Source: Candidatus Methylomirabilota bacterium (lineage in GTDB: Bacteria; Methylomirabilota; Methylomirabilia; Rokubacteriales; CSP1-6). From it: DNA of 13,694 bases. Below the pieces are notes generated by a model. That model saw nothing but the letters and a program-made list of their open reading frames with translations. It was not told where the DNA came from and searched no databases. Of this stretch, positions 8,807 through 13,694 are shown one piece after another (position 1 is the first letter of the stretch; every line of letters starts with the position of its first letter). The translations under genes and the position numbers were made by a program. Location of the stretch: contig JBKPAK010000350.1 of assembly GCA_046726415.1 (NCBI GenBank), forward strand, positions 1 to 13,694, written 5' to 3'.

Positions 8807-9208
8807 CACGGCGCCCTCCTGCCCATCTTGCAACTCAATGGCTACATGATCGCGAAGCCGACGGTGCTGGCCCGTATCAGCCACGAGGAACTGGAACATC
8901 TCTTTCGCGGCTACGGCTATACCCCGTACTTCGTCGAGGGACACGAGCCCGAGCGGATGCACCAGCTCATGGCCGGCACCCTGGACACGGTCATCGCCGA
9001 ATTCGAGCGCATCCAGACTGGCGCGCGCCAGAAGGGTTCTGCCGAGAGGCCGCGCTGGCCCATGATCGTCCTGCGTTCGCCCAAGGCCTGGACATGTCGA
9101 CGGCAGGCGCACAGAGATTCGTGGCGCGCGCACCAGGGCCCATGGTCGAGATGCACGAGAGAAGGCCGAGGTTGTGCGCGTCTACCTGCCCCCGACGCCA
9201 ACTGTCTC
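8807..9208 (+). pseudogene. xfp: xylulose-5-P/fructose-6-P phosphoketolase remnant in two non-contiguous pieces
   Basis: [50 protein letters not shown]...[16 protein letters not shown]...WRAHQ.PM.EMHE (8807 to about 9160), followed immediately by [10 protein letters not shown](P)DANCL (9162-9208) from much later in Xfp. No start codon or true C-terminus. Confidence 0.88.
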
Positions 9209-9359
9209 GACTCCTTCTTTCCCGGTCTCGATCGTTTCGTGAAGGGCGACGCCCCGGCCCTGCGCCGGTCGCCTGGTCGAGACCTTCTCCTTCGACCATG
9301 GTGCTCGCCCCCTCGAGAAATCGCCGAAGGCGGGAGTGGCCGGCAGGCAACGCGAGCCG

Positions 9360-9392
9360 TTGACCTGTTCGGCGGCGGCGATGTATATACAT
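9360..9392 (+). promoter_or_regulatory. putative toxin-antitoxin promoter/operator
   Basis: TTGACC at 9360-65, then an 18-nt spacer to TATATA at 9384-89. The -10-like hexamer lies inside the perfect 12-bp palindrome ATGTATATACAT (9381-92), 3 nt before the antitoxin ATG, in otherwise very GC-rich DNA. Confidence 0.6.
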
Positions 9393-9395
9393 TCT

Positions 9396-9653
9396 ATGAC
9401 CCGAACGCAACTCTATCTCGATGACACCATTCATCGGCGTCTACGGGAACTCGCGCGGAAGCACGGCCGCACCATCTCGGAACTGGTGCGCGACGCCCTG
9501 GTGAGGGTGTACGGCTCCGGATCGGACGAGCGGGACGCGACGCTCCGCGGCATCGAGGGACTATGGCGCGATCGCACAGACCTCGGCGGGACTCGAGGGT
9601 ACGTGAGACGGCTGCGGCGAGATACGCACCGACTCGGTCGCCGTCGGGCCTGA
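9396..9653 (+). CDS. ribbon-helix-helix (CopG/VapB-type) antitoxin
   Basis: [10 protein letters not shown]...[22 protein letters not shown] (RHH pattern), C-terminal GLWRDRTDL....YVRRLR. 85 aa, stop codon overlaps the PIN gene. Confidence 0.85.
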   Translation: MTRTQLYLDDTIHRRLRELARKHGRTISELVRDALVRVYGSGSDERDATLRGIEGLWRDRTDLGGTRGYVRRLRRDTHRLGRRRA

Positions 9654-10046
9654 CCGGGATTCTTTTCGACTCCGACGTCATCATCGAGGCACTGCGCGGT
9701 CGATATGCCATCGTCGACGCAATCCGCGACATCGAGCGGACAGCTGTGCCAACCTACTGCTGCGCCGTGTCCTTCGCGGAGATCCGGGCGGGACTGCGGC
9801 CAGGCGAGGAAGCTGTGACTGAGGCCTTACTCTGCGCGAGGCGAGGTCGCACTCGATGCCGCGGTGGGGCGGCGGGCAGGCGCTTATCTGGCCCGGTACT
9901 CGAGGTCGCGCGGGCTCGAGATGGCCGACGCACTCGTGGCCGGCGCCGCCAGCACGGCCGGCCTTCGCCTGTGGACGCTCAATCGACGACACTATCCGAT
10001 GACTGAGATCTTGTTTCACGAGCCGCCGCCCCGCCCGCGCCGCTGA
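9650..10046 (+). CDS. vapC: VapC-family PIN-domain toxin, apparent frameshift at about 9830
   Basis: ILFDSDVIIEALRG, AVSFAEIRAG.RPGEE, then in the shifted frame ARGEVALDAAVGRRAGAYLARY..S.GLEMADALVAGAA....LRLWTLNRRHYPM. The only start at the family N-terminus is CTG 9650, overlapping the antitoxin TGA. Confidence 0.85.
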
Positions 10047-10201
10047 GATCTGCGGCCGGGGCTCTCGCAGCATTCCACATCTTCACGCGCGGCCGCGAGT
10101 GCCCTGGGGAGCTTGGTGGGCGTCCGGAGCCCCCGTCTCAGAAACCAGCCCGAAGCGCCCTGGACGATGTGCAGGCGATCGGTTTGGCCGCCACCATGGA
10201 C

Positions 10202-10480
10202 ACCCGCCGGGCCTTCGACGTGGGTAGTCGGCGAACCGTTGCTTCAGCATTTCGGTATTCACGTTCGCTTTCTCGTCGCGGTACCGCTCCTCGTGGCCGC
10301 CGAGCCCTTCGCAGAAGCGATCGGGCGCCGCATCGTTTCGTACTTTTTCACTTCGGGATTGGTGCCGGAGCAAGCGCGCCCGGCCTTCACAGAAGTATTG
10401 GGAAAGACCCCGCCGCCTGCTGACCTCGCGGCTGGTGCTGGTGGCCAGCCCATCCTGGCGTTCGCCCTCGGCAGACCAGC
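10202..10480 (+). pseudogene. remnant of an uncharacterised membrane protein
   Basis: VVGEPLLQHFGIHVRFLVAVPLLVAAE...RIVSYFFTSGLVPEQARPAF.EVL is a hydrophobic, protein-like stretch flanked by frame breaks, with no clear start or stop. Boundaries are approximate. Confidence 0.5.
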
Positions 10481-10576
10481 TCCTGAGCTTGGTCAAGTCC
10501 TCATGTAGGGATCATAACGGGCGTGCACCGTGCGAGAATCCAGGGACGCTCAGTGACGCCACACGGGGAGGAGCGC

Positions 10577-11020
10577 ATGCAGCGATTTTGGCGCAAGGGA
10601 GCCGGATGGCTGTGGCTGGCGGGCGCTGTCCTGATATCGGCGTGCGCCTCCGGCGGTGCGGGCACCGCAGCCACCGCGGAGCCGAGCACACCGGTGGCGA
10701 TCGGCAGTCTCAAGGAGGTGACCGGCCGGTGGGACGGTCTCCTCAGCGGGCTCTCGGCCCGGCCGTCCACCGATCAGGATTTCGTCGAGGTCGTGATCAA
10801 CGACGACTCCACGTACGAGGCCAAGAGCTTCCGAACGATTGGCGTGCTTCAGGGCCGAGGCACTTTGGAGCTCAAGGGGGGCGTGCTCTGGCTGAAGGGG
10901 GAGCGGGGAGCGACCGGAACGGCACGCCTTCTCTCGGGTGATGGCCGCCGGCAACTTCAGGTCGAGACGACCCTCGCTGATGGTCGGCGCGTGACGGCGC
11001 GCCTGTCGCCCAAGCGTTAA
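10577..11020 (+). CDS. uncharacterised lipoprotein
   Basis: GGAGGAG RBS, ATG 10577, signal peptide ending in lipobox ISAC, beta-strand-rich body (GRWDGLL, VEVVINDDSTY, GRGTLELKGG). 147 aa, intact. Confidence 0.75.
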   Translation: MQRFWRKGAGWLWLAGAVLISACASGGAGTAATAEPSTPVAIGSLKEVTGRWDGLLSGLSARPSTDQDFVEVVINDDSTYEAKSFRTIGVLQGRGTLELKGGVLWLKGERGATGTARLLSGDGRRQLQVETTLADGRRVTARLSPKR

Positions 11021-11089
11021 TCGCGAAGAGGCTTCGACGGTCTCTTGAGTTTGGACGGGGCCGTGAACCGGCGCGCGAAAGGCGGAGCG

Positions 11090-11372
11090 ATGCGGGCAGC
11101 GTTCTACGAGGGAGCCAAAGCATTCCGGACCGGCACCGCCTCGATGCCCAGGCCAGGCCCGAGCGAAGCGCTGCTCCGCGTGCGGCGGGTCGGCATCTGC
11201 GGGATGGACCTGCACATCTTCCAGGGCCATCTCGACCATCGGGTGCCGAAGGGTGGCATCATCGGCCACGAGACCTTGGCGGAGATCGCCGATGTCCCAG
11301 CGGGCAGCGGTTTCCAAGTGGGCGACCGGGTGGTGGTAGAACCGCTGCGCGTTTGCGGCACCTGCCGGGCAT
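11090..11372 (+). pseudogene. zinc-dependent alcohol dehydrogenase (MDR) N-terminal GroES-like domain, truncated
   Basis: MRAAFYEG...P.PGPSEALLRVRRVGICGMDLHIFQG...IIGHE...GDRVVVEP...CGTCRA, after which homology stops just before the stop codon of the convergent protease gene. No Rossmann domain. Confidence 0.85.
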
Positions 11373-11378
11373 CGATCC

Positions 11379-12407
11379 TCAGGGCACGCGGCCGGTCAGC
11401 TCCAAGGTCTCCCCTCCCCGCAGCACCGTGACGGTGAATGGATCGCCCGATCGCTTGCGGTTGATACCATCTCGGATCGTCACCACATCCTTGAGACTGG
11501 TCACATTGACGCCGTCCACGGCCAGGATGATGTCTCCCCCGACGACGATCGACTGACCATCGATGGTCGCGGTCTTGGTGCCGCCGCGGAGCCCGATGGC
11601 GTCCGCGGGCGAACCCTTGGCCACCGTTTTGACCATGTAGCCGACCGACTTGCGCGGAAGGTTGAACAAATCCGCCAGCTCGGTCGTCAGCAGCTCGCCT
11701 TCCAGGCCGCTCCAGAACGAGCGCTTGGCCAAGAGCAGTTCCTTGGCGGTGTTGGCGGTGACCACGAAGCCCAGTCCCTCGCTCCCCCCGCTCTTGGAGA
11801 TGTTATGGCTCACGATGCCGACGACCTCGCCAGCCATGTTGAACATGGGACCGCCAGAGTTCCCGGTGTTGATCACGGCATCCGTCTGGAAGAACTCCGC
11901 GAGGGGCATCTGGCGGTACACGGTGTTGGGTGGCCAGCGGGCGCTGATCCAGCCGACGCTGAGCGCGTAGCTCAGCCCGTAGGGTGCCCCCACAACGACG
12001 ACCTGGTCTCCGACCTTCACCGAGCTGGAATCCGCGAGAGGAGCCACGCGTGCTCCGGGGGGCACACGGTCCAGTTGCAGGAGCGAGAGGTCGGCCGCCG
12101 GCTCGGAGGCGATCACGCGGGCAGTGACCGTCTCGCCGCCGAGGAACTCCACGGTGACCTCGTCCATGGCGTGGACGACGTGGGCCGCCGTCATGACCTT
12201 GCCATCCGGGGAGATGAGAACCCCGGAGCCTGTCTCGTTGAAGCGCGTCACGCCACCAGGGCCGCTGACCTCCCGGCCCTTGGCCCGGATCACCCCCACG
12301 GACGGGCTAACCTTCTGGAAGACCTGGCCGACGGTTTGCGCATAGGTTGGGGGCGGCACTGCCAACAGGGCGACCAGGACGAGAATTGCCGTCAACATTG
12401 CTCGCAT
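11379..12407 (-). CDS. HtrA/DegP-like trypsin serine protease with one PDZ domain
   Basis: GGAGGA RBS 7 nt upstream of ATG 12407; signal peptide; GSGVLIS, TAAHVV (His), ADLSLLQL (Asp), QTDAVINTGNSGGPMFN (Ser); PDZ region GSPADAIGL, GGDIILAVDG. 342 aa, intact. Confidence 0.92.
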   Translation of the reverse strand: MRAMLTAILVLVALLAVPPPTYAQTVGQVFQKVSPSVGVIRAKGREVSGPGGVTRFNETGSGVLISPDGKVMTAAHVVHAMDEVTVEFLGGETVTARVIASEPAADLSLLQLDRVPPGARVAPLADSSSVKVGDQVVVVGAPYGLSYALSVGWISARWPPNTVYRQMPLAEFFQTDAVINTGNSGGPMFNMAGEVVGIVSHNISKSGGSEGLGFVVTANTAKELLLAKRSFWSGLEGELLTTELADLFNLPRKSVGYMVKTVAKGSPADAIGLRGGTKTATIDGQSIVVGGDIILAVDGVNVTSLKDVVTIRDGINRKRSGDPFTVTVLRGGETLELTGRVP

Positions 12408-12414
12408 GGCGATG

Positions 12415-12420
12415 TCCTCC
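12415..12420. promoter_or_regulatory. dual-role hexamer: Shine-Dalgarno of the protease gene (minus strand GGAGGA) and IBS1 of the group II intron (plus strand TCCTCC)
   Basis: These are the last 6 nt before the intron's GTGCG and are perfectly complementary to intron 12605-12610. Confidence 0.8.
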
Positions 12421-12604
12421 GTGCGCCGGGTTAAACCGGCGAGGTGCTGCGAATGCAAGAGTCGTACGGTGAAGGAGTAGCGACCCACACCGGCCCCGAG
12501 CCATGCGCAGTCGCCCGCGAGGGCGGCGGCGAAGCACTGACAGGGGGACGGGCAGGCCGGGTATTGAGCCGCGAAAGAAAGCTCCTCCGGGACGCCGACG
12601 CCGT

Positions 12605-12610
12605 GGAGGA
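12605..12610 (+). other. predicted EBS1 (GGAGGA) of the group II intron
   Basis: Lies in the loop of stem CGCC 12599-602 / GGCG 12612-15 in domain I and pairs 6/6 with the 5' exon end TCCTCC. Confidence 0.75.
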
Positions 12611-12781
12611 AGGCGGAAGGCCACATCCGGGGTGTCGATATCGCGAGACACCCCGGAGTCCCGCGCGGTCAGAGACCCCGTGCATGCCCGGACACACCTC
12701 GCGCGAGAACCGGGAGAGCCCGTGGTCACCCGTCGCGGATGGCGCGGCGGGCCGCATCGGGAAGTCCAAGGACACACGCCG

Positions 12782-13694
12782 ATGATGCACGGCCACGGGC
12801 AGTCGGACAGCCCCGTAGTACCGTCGAAGTTCCCGAACAAGGCCGGGCCACCGGCGGCGGAGGGGATGGAGGGAAGGGGGCTGGCCAAAGGGAACCCGAG
12901 CCAGCAAACCGCGCCCCGGGCACAGGACCGGGTCGGTGCGCCCAGTGCGCTGGAGCGGGTACGGCAGGTAGCGGAGCAGGACAGGCAGGTGCGGTTCACG
13001 ACGCTCCTGCACCACGTCTACAACGTCGAGCATCTGCGAGCGGCGTACCACGCGCTGAAGCGAGACGCCGCGCCAGGGATCGACGGCGAGACGTGGGAGC
13101 ACTACGGGCAGGCCCTCGAGGAAAACCTCGCGGACTTGTCGGGACGGCTGAAGCGCGGGGCGTATCGAGCGAGGCCGGTCAAGCGGACGTACATCCCCAA
13201 GGCCGACGGGCGGCTGCGGCCGCTGGGCATCCCCACGCTGGAAGACAAAATCGTCCAGCGCACGACGGTCGAGGTGCTGAATGCGATCTACGAGACTGAC
13301 TTCCTCGGCTTCTCGTACGGGTTCCGGCCGGGGCGCAGCCCGCATCAGGCGCTGGATACGCTCTACGCCGGGCTCCTGACGCGGAAGGTGAACTGGGTGC
13401 TCGACGCCGACATCCGTGGGTTTTTCGAGGCCATCGCCCACGCATGGCTGGTGAAGTTCGTCGAGCACCGCATTGCGGACCGGCGCGTCGTGCGGCTGAT
13501 CCAGAAGTGGCTCAACGCGGGCGTGCTGGAGGACGGGACGCGGACGTGGCGTGAAACGGGCACGCCCCAGGGGGGCAGCATCTCGCCGCTCCTGGCTAAC
13601 GTGTACCTGCACTATGCGTTCGACCTCTGGGCCCGACGGTGGCGGAAGACGCAGGCCCACGGCGACATGATCGTCGTGCGGTACGCGGACGACT
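12782..13694 (+). CDS. ltrA: group II intron reverse transcriptase/maturase, 3'-partial (not in the supplied ORF track)
   Basis: Manual translation is open to the window end: RFTTLLHHV, AAPGIDGETW, YRARPVKRTYIPKADGRLRPLGIPTLEDKIVQ, FSYGFRPGRSPHQAL, WVLDADIRGFF, GTPQGGSISPLLANVYLHY, VRYADD (YADD at 13682-93). Start codon uncertain. Confidence 0.96.
   Translation, partial: MMHGHGQSDSPVVPSKFPNKAGPPAAEGMEGRGLAKGNPSQQTAPRAQDRVGAPSALERVRQVAEQDRQVRFTTLLHHVYNVEHLRAAYHALKRDAAPGIDGETWEHYGQALEENLADLSGRLKRGAYRARPVKRTYIPKADGRLRPLGIPTLEDKIVQRTTVEVLNAIYETDFLGFSYGFRPGRSPHQALDTLYAGLLTRKVNWVLDADIRGFFEAIAHAWLVKFVEHRIADRRVVRLIQKWLNAGVLEDGTRTWRETGTPQGGSISPLLANVYLHYAFDLWARRWRKTQAHGDMIVVRYADD

Larger units (their letters stand above)
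12421..13694 (+). mobile_element. group II intron, 5' part (probably bacterial class E/F-like), continues beyond the window
   Basis: Canonical GTGCG 5' end at 12421; domain I-like hairpins (GCCGG/CCGGC near 12425-40, GTCGCCC-GCGA-GGGCGGC, GCCGACGCC-loop-GGCGGAAGGC); RT ORF downstream. Domains V/VI are outside the window. Class assignment is tentative. Confidence 0.93.

Noticed and set aside
12430..12458. Possible outward-facing promoter on the intron minus strand (TTGCAT-17-TTTAAC) driving the protease
   Set aside because: The -10 element lacks the conserved second A and final T, so it is too weak to call.
12500..12507. GCCATGCG complementary to exon 12403-12410 as a candidate EBS2
   Set aside because: The spacing from IBS1 is atypical and the segment appears to be structural domain I sequence. 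It cannot be assigned without folding.
12408..12626. N-terminal extension of the protease ORF to 12626
   Set aside because: It reads through the antisense strand of the intron. The RBS and signal peptide place the start at 12407.
1..13694. CRISPR array, tRNA or rRNA genes
   Set aside because: I saw no regularly spaced direct repeats, tRNA cloverleaf or rRNA signature by eye.

Overview
High-GC bacterial accessory region that mixes intact genes with many gene remnants. From left to right: an IS3-family left end with truncated orfA, fused to an oppositely oriented rve integrase fragment; a sugar-phosphate cluster (class I fructose-bisphosphate aldolase, beta-phosphoglucomutase-type HAD hydrolase, internally deleted GH65 phosphorylase); an inverted fragment of a second, diverged GH65 gene and a metallo-beta-lactamase-fold tail; two exported proteins; an nrfH-nrfA nitrite ammonification pair whose NrfA has CXXCH instead of CXXCK at heme 1; a two-piece phosphoketolase remnant; an RHH/VapC toxin-antitoxin pair; a membrane-protein remnant; a lipoprotein; a truncated Zn-dependent dehydrogenase; an intact HtrA-like protease on the minus strand; and the 5' part of a group II intron with an uninterrupted RT ORF running off the window. 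The most striking observation is that the intron's predicted EBS1 is GGAGGA, the Shine-Dalgarno consensus, and the intron sits directly against the antisense strand (TCCTCC) of the protease gene's ribosome-binding site, which suggests an intron that homes to ribosome-binding sites. Many single-base frameshifts fall in short G/C runs and may be sequencing errors. All family calls come from manual motif recognition, not database searches.
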